NCBI GenBank assembly: GCA_046290225.1
Contig: JBKAGE010000075.1
Span: 32,001-96,000 of the forward strand
Length of the DNA: 64,000 nucleotides
Direction of reading: 5' to 3'
From: Bradymonadia bacterium
GTDB lineage: Bacteria > Myxococcota_A > Bradymonadia > UBA7976 > UBA1532
Shown: in pieces, positions 9,890-19,559 of the stretch
Numbering within the stretch: the stretch's first letter is position 1
Layout: each line of letters opens with the position of its first letter
Position numbers and translations under genes: made by a program
Notes under the pieces: generated by a model
The model's input: the letters and a program-made list of their open reading frames with translations, nothing else
Database searches by the model: none
Told to the model about the DNA's origin: nothing

Positions 9890-10061
9890 GGCCCCGCGGA
9901 GCGCCGCAGGTGGCGACAGTCGTCGTGAGCGTGGTGAGTTTGCGTGCAGATGCGGGTTTTCACCCGCAGGGGTAGCAGCGCTACCCCGAGGAAGGAAAAG
10001 TCGCAGCTGTGCGTGAAATCGCCGCGCTCACGGCGGCTGGCGCCGCCGAAGGCGCGGAGCC
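9890..10061 (+). repeat. ~172-nt long imperfect hairpin element, copy A (structured RNA or REP-like ssDNA element)
   Basis: Nested stems GCGCC/GGCGC, GGTGGCG/CGCCGCC, GTGAGCG/CGCTCAC, TGCG/CGCA and GGGTAGC/GCTACCC. Homologous to 55572-55744 in inverted orientation with compensatory changes. Confidence 0.85.
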
Positions 10062-11900
10062 CTAGTAAACGTCTTTGAGGTAGCGGCCGTTCTTGCTCAT
10101 CCATTTGAGCAGGGCCTTGGCGTCGCCTTCCGAGTAGCGGCCGTAGGTCATGATCACCTTCATCAGCGCCGCGTGTACATCCTTCGCCATGCGGCTCGCG
10201 TCGCCGCAGATGTAGATGTGGGCATCAGCGTCGATCCACTCCCAGAAGTCCTCGCCGTTCTCGAGGATGCGATCCTGCACGTAGATCTTGTGCTCTTGAT
10301 CACGAGAGAACGCCAGATCGAGGCGTGAGATCAGGCCGCTCTGGTACCAGCGCTCCACCTGCTCTTGATAGAGGTAGTCGCAGTGGGCGTGGCGGGCGCC
10401 GAAGAAGAGCCAGTTGTAGCCCTGAGCGCCGCGGGCCTCGCGCTCTTCGAGGAAGGCGCGGAAGGGGGCGATCCCCGTGCCTGGACCGATCATGATGATC
10501 GGTGCGTCGTCGTCATCGGTGATCTTGAAGTTGGGGCTGCGGTGCAGATACACCGGCACCCGACTGCCCGGTGGGCAGCGCTCACCGAGGAAGCTGCTCG
10601 ACACGCCTTTTCGGTTGCGGCCGTACATGTGATAGCGCACCACGTCCACGGTGAGGTGAACCTCGCCGGGGTGGGCCTTGGGGCTCGAAGAGATCGAGTA
10701 GAGCCGGGGGGCCAGGGGCTTGAGCGCTGCAGCGAAAGATGCCGCGTCGGGGCGGATGCCCGCGAGGCTGAGCAGATCGCCCACATGGTGCTTGCCGATG
10801 TACTCCTTGCGGGCGTCGGCGCTGTTGGCGATCGGCTGGAAGAGATCTCCGGCGTAGCGGCTCTCTGCCGCGAGCTTGAGCAGCCGGGCGTCGATCTTGA
10901 TGATGTCCAGCCGATGGGTGAGGGCGTCCAGCAAGGTCATGGCCTGACCCTGGACTTCCACCACCTCGTCGCCCCGCAAGCCCACGTTCTGCAGCGTCCA
11001 GCGGACGAGATCCGGACAGTTCTGAGGGAACAGCCCCAGGGCATCGCCCACCTTGTAGTCGATGCCGGAGCCGCGCAGCGACAGCGCCACGTGGCGGGTC
11101 TCTTTGTCGGAGTCGGCGCCGTTCAGGTTGTGGTTGACCAGGATGGTCGACATGAACGGGTTCTTGCGGGAGCCGATCTCCGGCTCTTTGGGTGCCTTGG
11201 CCGGGGTGGGCCTGGGACGCGCTGTGGGCTGTGGGCGGGCTACGGGCCGCGGTGGGGTCAGAACCTCGGCGGGCTCGTCGTACTGAGAGTCTTCGTACTC
11301 GGACTCGTCGTATTCGGACTCGTCGTACTGGGACTCTTCGTACTGGGACTCTTCGTACTGGGATTCTTCGTATTGGGATTCATCGTACGCTGACTCGTCG
11401 TATTCAGACTCGTCGTATTCCGATGCGTCTGGAGCCGCAGCGTCAGCGGAGAGATCGAGCTTGCCCAGACCGGCGATGACCTGACCCAGCCAAGCCTCGA
11501 AAGGCTCTTCGAAGTCGACGTCGCAGTCCTGTCTGGGGGCGAAGCGCTTTGCCCCCAGGGCGGCGAGGCGGCTGTCGAAGTCCTTGGCGCACTGGCAGAA
11601 CTCGTCATAGCTGGTGTCGCCGAGGCCACAGACGCTGAAATTCACGCCGGAGAGGCTTGGTGCGTCGTCGTCCATCAACGCCGCATGAAGATCTTCTGCG
11701 TTCGAGGGAGGCTCGCCATCACCGAACGTGCTGGTGACGATGAGCAGCACCTGAACGTGCGGCAGGTTGTCGGGGTCGAAGTCGTCCATATCGAGGACTT
11801 CAGCTGTGTAGCCCCGACCTGTGAGTGCCTCGCCGGCCTGCTCGGCGCAGCCCTGGGAGTTGAAGGTCTCGGTGCCATACAAAATGTAAATCGTCGACAT
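10062..11900 (-). CDS. Diflavin (FMN/FAD) NADPH oxidoreductase, CysJ/cytochrome P450 reductase-like
   Basis: N-terminal flavodoxin (TSTFGDGEPP, GLGDTSY), RLYSISSS, MIGPGTGIAPFR, FSRDQEHKIYVQD, YICGDASRMAKDV and a C-terminal RYLKDVY. The likely start is ATG 11900 (MSTIYILYG). Confidence 0.9.
   Translation of the reverse strand: MSTIYILYGTETFNSQGCAEQAGEALTGRGYTAEVLDMDDFDPDNLPHVQVLLIVTSTFGDGEPPSNAEDLHAALMDDDAPSLSGVNFSVCGLGDTSYDEFCQCAKDFDSRLAALGAKRFAPRQDCDVDFEEPFEAWLGQVIAGLGKLDLSADAAAPDASEYDESEYDESAYDESQYEESQYEESQYEESQYDESEYDESEYEDSQYDEPAEVLTPPRPVARPQPTARPRPTPAKAPKEPEIGSRKNPFMSTILVNHNLNGADSDKETRHVALSLRGSGIDYKVGDALGLFPQNCPDLVRWTLQNVGLRGDEVVEVQGQAMTLLDALTHRLDIIKIDARLLKLAAESRYAGDLFQPIANSADARKEYIGKHHVGDLLSLAGIRPDAASFAAALKPLAPRLYSISSSPKAHPGEVHLTVDVVRYHMYGRNRKGVSSSFLGERCPPGSRVPVYLHRSPNFKITDDDDAPIIMIGPGTGIAPFRAFLEEREARGAQGYNWLFFGARHAHCDYLYQEQVERWYQSGLISRLDLAFSRDQEHKIYVQDRILENGEDFWEWIDADAHIYICGDASRMAKDVHAALMKVIMTYGRYSEGDAKALLKWMSKNGRYLKDVY
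11274..11423 (-). repeat. Ten tandem 15-bp coding repeats encoding an acidic Tyr pentapeptide, S-(E/Q/A)-Y-(D/E)-(E/D)
   Basis: CTCGTCGTACTGGGA-like units on the + strand; they translate to SEYDE SEYDE SAYDE SQYEE SQYEE SQYEE SQYDE SEYDE SEYED SQYDE in the interdomain linker. Confidence 0.95.
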
Positions 11901-12090
11901 AACGCTGTGTATGGGTCGTTGGCAGGGTGTGCTGGAGAGATGAGCTTTGATGGTTGCGGGTCGCACCTTCTGTCGAGCAACCCTATGGCCCCATCATAAG
12001 GGCAGGTGCCTCGATGCCACCAGAGTCTAGAACAGGATTGGGAGAGAACCGATGGAGCGGCCCGTGTCCACACTGCTCCAGCAGCGGCCT

Positions 12091-12537
12091 TCAGAGCTGA
12101 GCGAGGTTGGCGATGACTTGCTCCAGCCAGGCCTCGAAGGGCTCTTCATATTCGACGTCGCAGTCCTGCCGAGGGGCAAAGCGGTGGGCGCCGAGCTCGG
12201 CGAGGCGGGCGTCGAAGTTCTTTCCACACTGGGCGAAGGTCTCGTAGCTGGTGTCGCCGAGGGCGCAGACGCTGAAGTGCACACCCTCGAGCCGCGGGGC
12301 ATCGTCACTCATCAGTGCGGCGTGGAGTTCCTGAGCGTTCGAGGGGGGCTCACCGTCGCCAAAGGTGCTGGTGATGACCAGCACGACCGGTGCTTGAGGC
12401 AGCTGCGCTGCGTCCACATCGTCCATGTCGAAGACTTGAGCGGCGTGACCACGTGCATTGAGGACCTCGCCTGCGCGCTCAGCGCACTCTTGGGCGTTGA
12501 AGCTCTCGGTACCGTACAAGATGTGAATCGTCGCCAT
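12091..12537 (-). CDS. Stand-alone flavodoxin, a paralog of the N-terminal domain of the neighbouring reductase
   Basis: ILYGTES, TSTFGDGEPPSNA, CALGDTSY and FAPRQDCDV; colinear with roughly the first 148 residues of the 10062-11900 product. Confidence 0.9.
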   Translation of the reverse strand: MATIHILYGTESFNAQECAERAGEVLNARGHAAQVFDMDDVDAAQLPQAPVVLVITSTFGDGEPPSNAQELHAALMSDDAPRLEGVHFSVCALGDTSYETFAQCGKNFDARLAELGAHRFAPRQDCDVEYEEPFEAWLEQVIANLAQL

Positions 12538-12649
12538 CGAGCGTCAACCTCGCGTGTGAAGGGGGTGTGAATGGGATGTTCGCCGTCGTCTGTCAGTCGC
12601 ACATCATAGAAGAAGATGTGGTGCGCCGTGGCTCGAGTCAAAAATCAGC

Positions 12650-13588
12650 TCAGAGGGGGACTGGCACCTGAGCCACCAGAGACTCGATGAGTTGAGCCGC
12701 TTCGTCGACTTGACCCTGTAGATGATCCGCACCGCCGAGCCTTTGAACGCGGTGGGCCAGGACCGGCACGGCGAGGCGCTTCACGTCATCGGGGATGGCA
12801 TAGCCTCGGCCTTCGAGGAGAGCCCTGGCCTTGACCGCCTGCAAGAGCGCCTGGGCGCCGCGGGTGCTCACCCCTAGGCTGAGCTGCGGGCTGTTGCGGG
12901 TGCCCTGCACGATGGCCAGCAGGTAGTCGATGACCACATCCTCGACCTTGATGGCGTCCACCGCGGCCTGGAGCGCCAGCACCCCCTCACCGTCAGTGAG
13001 GGCTTCGACATCTGCTCTGAGGCCGCCGCGCCCTTTGAGAATGTCACGCTCCACAGCGAGGGCAGGGTAGCCGAGTTTGAGCCGCACCAGGAACCGGTCG
13101 AGCTGGCTCTCGGGCAGAGTGTAGGTCCCCTGATGATCCAGGGGGTTCTGGGTGGCGATGACCAGAAAGGGCGAGGGCAGGGGATATGTGGTGTTGTCGA
13201 CGGAGACCTGCCGCTCGTTCATGGCTTCGAGCAGACTGGATTGCGTCTTGGGCGTGGTGCGGTTGATCTCGTCGGCGAGCACGATCTGGGCAAAGATCGG
13301 CCCTCGCTTGAACTCGAAGGTGCTGCTGCTCTGGTCGAAGATGCTGACGCCCGTGATGTCTGCGGGGAGCAGATCACTGGTGAACTGGATGCGACGAAAC
13401 TGACAGCCCAGGGCTTGGGCCATGGCGTGGGCCAGGGTGGTCTTGCCCACCCCGGGCACGTCTTCGAGCAGGATGTGACCTCGGGCGAGGATCGCCACCA
13501 GCGCCAGATCGATCACCTCGGTCTTGCCGAGGATCACCGCGCTCAAGCGCTGTCGCAGTCGTTGAACCAGGGCCATGGCCTCAGACAC
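12650..13588 (-). CDS. moxR: MoxR-family AAA+ ATPase
   Basis: LLEDVPGVGKT, RIQFTSDLLPADITG, LADEINR, ATQNP, LPESQLDRF and VLAHR motifs. The GTG start at 13588 was chosen from an AGGAG RBS and is uncertain. Confidence 0.9.
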   Translation of the reverse strand: MSEAMALVQRLRQRLSAVILGKTEVIDLALVAILARGHILLEDVPGVGKTTLAHAMAQALGCQFRRIQFTSDLLPADITGVSIFDQSSSTFEFKRGPIFAQIVLADEINRTTPKTQSSLLEAMNERQVSVDNTTYPLPSPFLVIATQNPLDHQGTYTLPESQLDRFLVRLKLGYPALAVERDILKGRGGLRADVEALTDGEGVLALQAAVDAIKVEDVVIDYLLAIVQGTRNSPQLSLGVSTRGAQALLQAVKARALLEGRGYAIPDDVKRLAVPVLAHRVQRLGGADHLQGQVDEAAQLIESLVAQVPVPL

Positions 13589-14891
13589 GTCGATGCTCTC
13601 CTGTGTTTCGACTCTGCCCTGCCTTGGACGCATAGCCTGGCAGGATCACTTTGATCTCTTCGATGGCCCGAGGCGAGACGCGGCTCACCTCGAGCACGAT
13701 GCCGCGCTCGGTGGTCACCGACTCGCCCCGCCGTGGGATCCGCTTGAACTGCTCGAGCAGGTGGCCGGCGAGGGTCTCGTAGTCTTCGCTCTCCGGCAGA
13801 TCGAGGCTCAGCTCTTCGTTGAGGCGGCTCACCGGAGCCCGGGCCTGCACCAGGTATACCCCTTCGCTCACCTGGCGCCACACATGATCACCATGATCGA
13901 ACTCGTCGTTGATCTCGCCCACGATCTCCTCGAGCAGATCTTCGAGGGTCAGGATGCCCACGGCGCCGCCGAACTCATCCACCACGATGGCGAGGCTCGC
14001 TGCGGATCGCTGCAGGATGATCAAGATGTCGTCGAGGGCCTGGGTCTCGGGTACGAAGTGGGGCGGCCGCATGATGCGCTCGACGGTCTGGGCGCCGTCG
14101 TCAGCGGAGAGAAGATCGGTGTGGTGCAGCACGCCGACCACATCGTCGATGCGCTCGTGGAACACGGGCAGGCGAGAGTAGCCCTCTTTGACCAGCAGCG
14201 CCGCGGCTTCTCGGATGGTGCTCTCCTGGGAGATGCCGCACACCTCCACGAGGGGGATCATCACCGCTCGGGCGTTGAGATCACCAAAAGACATGATCCG
14301 GGCGATCATCTCCCGCTCGCCCTCTTCGATCTCCGAGTGTGGATCTTCCTGCTCCATGAGCAGCACGAGCTCCTCTCGAGAGATCATGGCTCGGGGCACA
14401 CCCTCGAGACCCAGCCATCGATAGAGCAGCCGAGCGTACCCGCGGATCACCCAGATGGGCACCGTGAGCAGCCGGTGCACGAGCATCAACGGGCCAGAGA
14501 GGCGAGGAGCCAGGGTGGTGGCCTGGGCCTGAGCGATGGTCTTGGGGATGATCTCGGCGCCGATGAGCACCAGGGGCGACATCAAGGCCAGGGCGTAGAG
14601 CTCCCCGTAATCCGGATCGATCTTCATCATCGTGAGGCTGGCCACTGTAGAGCCGGTCACTGTACTGAAGTTGGTGCCCAACAGCGTGGTGGCGAAGAGT
14701 CGATCCGGGTGTGAGCGGAACCACAACGTGCGCTCGGCGGCGCTCTGCTCACCCTTGCTGCCAGAGCGGGTGCGCTCCTCGAGTCGGATCGTATTCGCCG
14801 AGATGATGGAGAGCTCCGAGGCGGCGAAGAACGCCTCGGAGATCAAACAGGCCAGCACCACGAGCCAGGGGGCGAGCACTTCGAAGGTCAC
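13581..14891 (-). CDS. CNNM/CorC-HlyC hemolysin-family protein (DUF21 + CBS pair + CorC domain)
   Basis: AFFAASE, EIIPK, YSRLPV, VDEFGG-GILTLEDLLEEIVGEI and YETLAG. The true start is probably GTG 14891, overlapping the upstream stop. Confidence 0.9.
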   Translation of the reverse strand: MTFEVLAPWLVVLACLISEAFFAASELSIISANTIRLEERTRSGSKGEQSAAERTLWFRSHPDRLFATTLLGTNFSTVTGSTVASLTMMKIDPDYGELYALALMSPLVLIGAEIIPKTIAQAQATTLAPRLSGPLMLVHRLLTVPIWVIRGYARLLYRWLGLEGVPRAMISREELVLLMEQEDPHSEIEEGEREMIARIMSFGDLNARAVMIPLVEVCGISQESTIREAAALLVKEGYSRLPVFHERIDDVVGVLHHTDLLSADDGAQTVERIMRPPHFVPETQALDDILIILQRSAASLAIVVDEFGGAVGILTLEDLLEEIVGEINDEFDHGDHVWRQVSEGVYLVQARAPVSRLNEELSLDLPESEDYETLAGHLLEQFKRIPRRGESVTTERGIVLEVSRVSPRAIEEIKVILPGYASKAGQSRNTGEHRRV

Positions 14892-15907
14892 AGCTGCGCC
14901 TCCTCGCCCTTGCGCTCCGAGGCGGTGTCGGTGATGGGCCCGAAGACCTCTTCGAGCAGATCTTCCATGGTGCACAGGCCCACGGCGAGGCCGAACTCGT
15001 TCACCACCACCGCCATGTGCGTGCGTCGTTTGCGCAGCTCTTCGAGCAGGGCCTCGGCCTGCATGTGAGGGGGCACGAAGTAGGGCCGCCGCATGAGCCC
15101 CCGGATGTTCCGGGCAGGGGTGAGCCCCCAGCGTTGAGCCAGCAGATCTTTGGCGAAGACCACCCCCACGATTTTCTGGGGATCCCGATCCCACACTGGG
15201 ATCCGGCTGTATTGATGCGTCTTCGCCAGCTCGATGATCTCGTGGATGGGGCTCTGGATCGACACCGCGCAGATGCGATCGCCGGGGGTCATGATTTGCC
15301 CCACGGATCGATCGCCGAAGTCGAGCACGTTGATGATCAGGGCCCGCTCCTGCCGTTCGATGATGCCGGACTCGGTGCCCACCTCCACGAGGGTGCGCAG
15401 CTCTTGCTCGTCGATGGTGTCGTCTGCCCCCGGGTGATTGTGTCCCAGACGCTTGGTGAGGGCGTCGGTGAAGCCCTGGATCAAGATGCGGAACGGGGTC
15501 ACGGCCCGGGCGAAGATCGACAGAGGGCCCGCCACCACGCGCCCCACCGCCTCGGGCTTGAGGGCGGCGATGGTCTTCGGGGTGATCTCACCGAAGATGA
15601 GGACCGCGGGGATCACGATGACGGAGGAGAGCAGCGCCTGCTCGGCGAGAGGCCGATCGGGGGTGAGTCCACTGACGATGGTGGCGCTCACGATGGACAA
15701 CGCCACATTGGTGAGCTCGTTGCCGAAGAGCACCACCACCAGCAACTGACGAGGACTCTCGATGAGCTGGGCCAGCATCCGATCGAGTCGCCGGTCGGAC
15801 TGCCCGAGGCGGGTGCGGGCCACCTTGCCGATGCTGAAGAGGGCGGTCTCGGAGGCGGAGAAGAATGCAGAGAGGGCCATGAGGCCACAGAACAGTGCGA
15901 TGTCCAT
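14888..15907 (-). CDS. CNNM/hemolysin-family protein (DUF21 + CBS pair)
   Basis: SAFFSASETALFS, FGEITPK, YSRIPV and VNEFG-MEDLLEEVFG motifs. Confidence 0.9.
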   Translation of the reverse strand: MDIALFCGLMALSAFFSASETALFSIGKVARTRLGQSDRRLDRMLAQLIESPRQLLVVVLFGNELTNVALSIVSATIVSGLTPDRPLAEQALLSSVIVIPAVLIFGEITPKTIAALKPEAVGRVVAGPLSIFARAVTPFRILIQGFTDALTKRLGHNHPGADDTIDEQELRTLVEVGTESGIIERQERALIINVLDFGDRSVGQIMTPGDRICAVSIQSPIHEIIELAKTHQYSRIPVWDRDPQKIVGVVFAKDLLAQRWGLTPARNIRGLMRRPYFVPPHMQAEALLEELRKRRTHMAVVVNEFGLAVGLCTMEDLLEEVFGPITDTASERKGEEAQL

Positions 15908-16903
15908 TCAGGGCCCGTGCTCGAAGTGATCGAAGCCGGCACCGCGTGCAGGCGCGCCGTCGAGGGTGAGCCCCGTACCCGCTGAACAGCGCCCGATGGG
16001 CCAGGCCCTGCACGGCGGCGTCAGCTCGGGATCAGCGGTGAAGAGCAACACATAGTCTTCGCCACCGGTGAGTGCTGCGGAGAGATCATCGCCCATCACC
16101 GCTCGATGATCGGCGCTCACGGGGATCGCGTCGCTCTGGAAGTGCATCGCCAGTCCGCTGGCGAGGGCCATACGCTCGGCATCTTTGAGCAGCCCGTCGC
16201 TCACGTCCATCGCCGCCGTAGTGCCAGGCCACCGGGCGAGGGCTGCGGCCTCTCTCAGGTGAGGGCGCCAGCGGTGGCGGAGCATGCGGGTGTGAGGGCT
16301 CGGACGCATCCAGCCGAGGGCCGCCTCGCCGAGGGGGCCGGTGACATAGATCCGATCGCCTGGGCGGGCTCCACTGCGTGTCAAAGCTCGGGGCCCTGCC
16401 AGCGGACCTCCGACGGTGACATTGATCACCGCAGGCCCTCGGGTGCTGCTCAGGTTGCCCCCTACGAGGGTGGCGCCGGCGCGGCTCAAGGTCTCGACGA
16501 AGCCCTCAGTGAGGGCGACAAGCTCGTCGAGCGACCATGAGGTGGGGAGGCTCAGAGCCCAGGTCACCCAGCCCGCGGCGCCGCCAGATCCTGCGAGATC
16601 GCTCAGGTTGCTCACCGCCGCCTGGGCGCCGATCTGATGCAGAGTGTCGAGTGACCGGTCGAAGTGCACGCCCTCGACGAGGGTGTCACACGACACAAGA
16701 TCGGTTCGGCGATGGAGGCGGGCACAGTCGTCGGAGAGGTCAGGCCGCTGACCGTATCGTCGGAGGACCGCAGCGATGGCGTCGATGCGCTGCGATTCTG
16801 TCGGTGCAGCGTGCGTCGTCGGGGTGGGGCTTTCTGATGTGGCCACCAGACACTCGGGCCCAGGAGGCTCGGGATCGGGCGGCTCGGGGGTGTCGTCGCC
16901 CAT
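15908..16903 (-). CDS. thiL: Thiamine-monophosphate kinase
   Basis: [45 protein letters not shown] and GFDHF motifs. Confidence 0.9.
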   Translation of the reverse strand: MGDDTPEPPDPEPPGPECLVATSESPTPTTHAAPTESQRIDAIAAVLRRYGQRPDLSDDCARLHRRTDLVSCDTLVEGVHFDRSLDTLHQIGAQAAVSNLSDLAGSGGAAGWVTWALSLPTSWSLDELVALTEGFVETLSRAGATLVGGNLSSTRGPAVINVTVGGPLAGPRALTRSGARPGDRIYVTGPLGEAALGWMRPSPHTRMLRHRWRPHLREAAALARWPGTTAAMDVSDGLLKDAERMALASGLAMHFQSDAIPVSADHRAVMGDDLSAALTGGEDYVLLFTADPELTPPCRAWPIGRCSAGTGLTLDGAPARGAGFDHFEHGP

Positions 16904-16904
16904 C

Positions 16905-17282
16905 TCAGCCCATCTCGGTGACCGCCTTCACCACATCGAGGAGCTTGGAGCGGGTGAAGGGTTTGGTCAGATACAACACGCCGCCGGTGGCGAAGCCCTC
17001 GCTCATGCTCTCGGCGTCGGCTCGAGCGGTGACGAAGATGACATAGGGCTGCCCGTACTTCGGATCGCGCTGTACGCGCTCGGCGACGGTGAAGCCGTCG
17101 ATGTCGGGCATGTTCACGTCGAGGATGGCCAGATGGAACGAGCCGTCGCTGAGCTTCTCAAGGGCTTCGCTGCCGTTGTGAGCGATCTCGCAGGTGTAGC
17201 CCTGATCGGTGAGGATCTTGTGCTCGAGCTTGAGGATGTCCTCGTGATCGTCCACGAGCAGGATCTTGTGTTGTGCGGTCAT
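16905..17282 (-). CDS. Single-domain response regulator
   Basis: [16 protein letters not shown] (phosphoacceptor Asp), FVTA and KPF; no output domain. Confidence 0.92.
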   Translation of the reverse strand: MTAQHKILLVDDHEDILKLEHKILTDQGYTCEIAHNGSEALEKLSDGSFHLAILDVNMPDIDGFTVAERVQRDPKYGQPYVIFVTARADAESMSEGFATGGVLYLTKPFTRSKLLDVVKAVTEMG

Positions 17283-17311
17283 CTTCTCTTCACTTCACAG
17301 GCCCTGGGTGA

Positions 17312-18712
17312 TCACCGCAGGGGGTTGAGATCGTCATCCTCAGCCACGGGTGGGGGCACCAGAGGCAGGTCGAAAGCGAATGTGGAGCCCCGGCCGGGCT
17401 CGCTGGAGACCTTCACCTCACCGCCGTGGGACTCGACGAAGTTCTTCACGATGGCGAGGCCGAGGCCGGTGCCGCCGTACTCCCGTGTCGAAGAGTTGTC
17501 GACCTGGAAGAAGGTTTCGAAGATGCGCTCGAGCTTGTCGCCGGGGATCCCGATGCCCGTGTCGGTCACGCTGAAGAACACTCGGGCCTCGGGTACGCCG
17601 GGGGCACCCTGGGCGGTGACCTGCACCTGGATCTGACCCGCCGCGGGGGTGAACTTCACGGCGTTGCTGAGCAAATTGATGAGCACCTGCCTGATCTTGT
17701 AGGTGTCGACCTTGATCTCGGGCAGCTGATCCGCGTACCGCACGGCGACGTCGAGGCGCTTCTTCTGCGCCTGAGGCCGCACCGCGGAGAGGGCGCCTTC
17801 GACGAGCTGCTCTGGCCGGGCCCGCTGCAGCACGATGTCGTGGGCGCCGTTCTCGATCTTGGAGATGTCGAGGATCCCGCTGATGAGGTGCAGCAGGCTC
17901 TCGCCCTTCTCCATGATGATGGAGACATATTCCTGCTGCTCACCGGAGAGATCGCCGGCGAGGCCTTCGAGGAGCATCTCGCTGTATCCGATGACCGAGG
18001 TCAGGGGCGTGCGCAGCTCGTGGCTCACCGTGGCGAGGAAGTTGCTCTTCATGCGGTCGAGCTCGCGCAGGCGCTCGTTGCTTTCTTGAAGCTTGCGGTT
18101 CTTGCGCTGCAGCTCGTTGTAGGCGTTGGTGATCGACTCCAGGTGCATGTGGCTCGTGAGCACGGCCTTGTACCCGGCATGGCAGTTGATGTTGATGGTG
18201 GCCAGCAGGGCGTCCACCATCTGCAGCAGGGGGCCATGGGTGATATGAGTGAGCACCTGTCGAGGCCCCGGGGCGCCCATGTGCTCGCTCAGTGCCGCAT
18301 TGCCGTCGTCGAAGAGATGGGCCAGCGGGGAGACGTCGCCTCGGGCATCATCGAGGATGAAGGGGCCCACCACCACTCGACCGAGGATGTCGCCCTCGTA
18401 GGTGATGGGCGCCGTGAGGCAGGTGATGCCCGTGCTGGGCTCCTCGCGGATCAGACGCTCTTCCAGGCCGATGGGCAGCCGGATGAGGTTCGATGTGAAG
18501 CCGGCGAGGGCCCGCATGGCCTGCCGATCGGCGCCGGGCCACTGCCCGAGGGCGCCCCGCGGCTGCAGATCGACGATCTTGGTGTGCTCGTGGTCGAAGA
18601 CCTTGATGCCCGCACGGAGCAGCTGCATGTATGTGCCGCACAGCTCTCTGAGCAGACCCGTGTCGAAGACTTCCGAGAGAACGACGGCCCGATCGAGGAT
18701 GGAGTCGCTCAC
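17312..18712 (-). CDS. Cytoplasmic sensor histidine kinase with a PocR-like N-terminal domain
   Basis: SHELRTPL H-box, [16 protein letters not shown] and GGTGLGL. No TM segments; the N-terminal [18 protein letters not shown] resembles PocR. Confidence 0.9.
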   Translation of the reverse strand: MSDSILDRAVVLSEVFDTGLLRELCGTYMQLLRAGIKVFDHEHTKIVDLQPRGALGQWPGADRQAMRALAGFTSNLIRLPIGLEERLIREEPSTGITCLTAPITYEGDILGRVVVGPFILDDARGDVSPLAHLFDDGNAALSEHMGAPGPRQVLTHITHGPLLQMVDALLATININCHAGYKAVLTSHMHLESITNAYNELQRKNRKLQESNERLRELDRMKSNFLATVSHELRTPLTSVIGYSEMLLEGLAGDLSGEQQEYVSIIMEKGESLLHLISGILDISKIENGAHDIVLQRARPEQLVEGALSAVRPQAQKKRLDVAVRYADQLPEIKVDTYKIRQVLINLLSNAVKFTPAAGQIQVQVTAQGAPGVPEARVFFSVTDTGIGIPGDKLERIFETFFQVDNSSTREYGGTGLGLAIVKNFVESHGGEVKVSSEPGRGSTFAFDLPLVPPPVAEDDDLNPLR

Positions 18713-19392
18713 AGGTTGACACCCTCTCGCACCTTCTGGGGATCCCAGTGGTTGAAGAGCTGTTCGAGGAACTCGGTACGATCAGTGCCAAGCTTGTCGC
18801 TGACGCCGTAGAGCTTCTCGAGGTGATCCCAGGTGAGCGAGAGCAGGCTCTTGAGGGTCTCCAGCACGCCGACACCGTAGATGGCCACCGAGCGATGGAT
18901 CGGCGTATTGCGGATGGCCGCCAGAGAGTTCAGCTCCGCGTCGGTGCGGATGTCGGGGAGATCGCGCTTGTTGAACTGCACCACCAGCGGGATCTGCTCG
19001 GGGTCGAGCTGATTGCGTACGAGGTTGGTGAGCAGGTTGTCGTACGACTCCTGGTTCTCTTCGGTCTTGGCGATGCGGCTGTCGGCGATGAAGGCCACCG
19101 CGTCGGCTTTCTGCAGCACGATCTGTCGAGTGCTGTCGTGGAAGACCTGACCCGGCACCGTGTACAGCTTGAGCTTGATGCGGAAGTTGTTCCGCGTGCG
19201 GAAGTGCACCGGCAACAAGTCGAAGAAGAGCGTACGGTCGTCGCGGGTCTCGAGGTTCATCAACCGACCCGCGCTGCCGGGAGCCACCATGTTGTGGATG
19301 GCCTGCAGGTTGGTGGTCTTCCCGCTGCGTGCGGGACCGTAGTACACGACCTTGAGCGTCAGCTCTCGCTGGCTCATGTTGAATTGGACCAT
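18709..19392 (-). CDS. MglA-family small Ras-like GTPase
   Basis: KVVYYGPARSGKTTN (G1), DRTLFFD (G2), YTVPGQ (G3) and NKRD (G4). Confidence 0.92.
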   Translation of the reverse strand: MVQFNMSQRELTLKVVYYGPARSGKTTNLQAIHNMVAPGSAGRLMNLETRDDRTLFFDLLPVHFRTRNNFRIKLKLYTVPGQVFHDSTRQIVLQKADAVAFIADSRIAKTEENQESYDNLLTNLVRNQLDPEQIPLVVQFNKRDLPDIRTDAELNSLAAIRNTPIHRSVAIYGVGVLETLKSLLSLTWDHLEKLYGVSDKLGTDRTEFLEQLFNHWDPQKVREGVNL

Positions 19393-19559
19393 GTAGGGGC
19401 GCCTTGAGCGATCTGATCTGCGTCACGTGCAGAGCGGTCGGCAAACAACAAAGCCATGTGCTCTGAAGCGAAACATAGTGCCTTTACAGCCCCCTCGCAA
19501 TGGCCCTGCATGCCCCCAATCGGCCTTTGAGGGGGCGGGGCTTGAACCGACCTGCGTCG

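Noticed and set aside
19467..19484. Sigma54-like motif upstream of the GTPase (AGGCACTATGTTTCGCT on the minus strand)
   Set aside because: The GG-to-GC spacing is 11 nt rather than the required 10.
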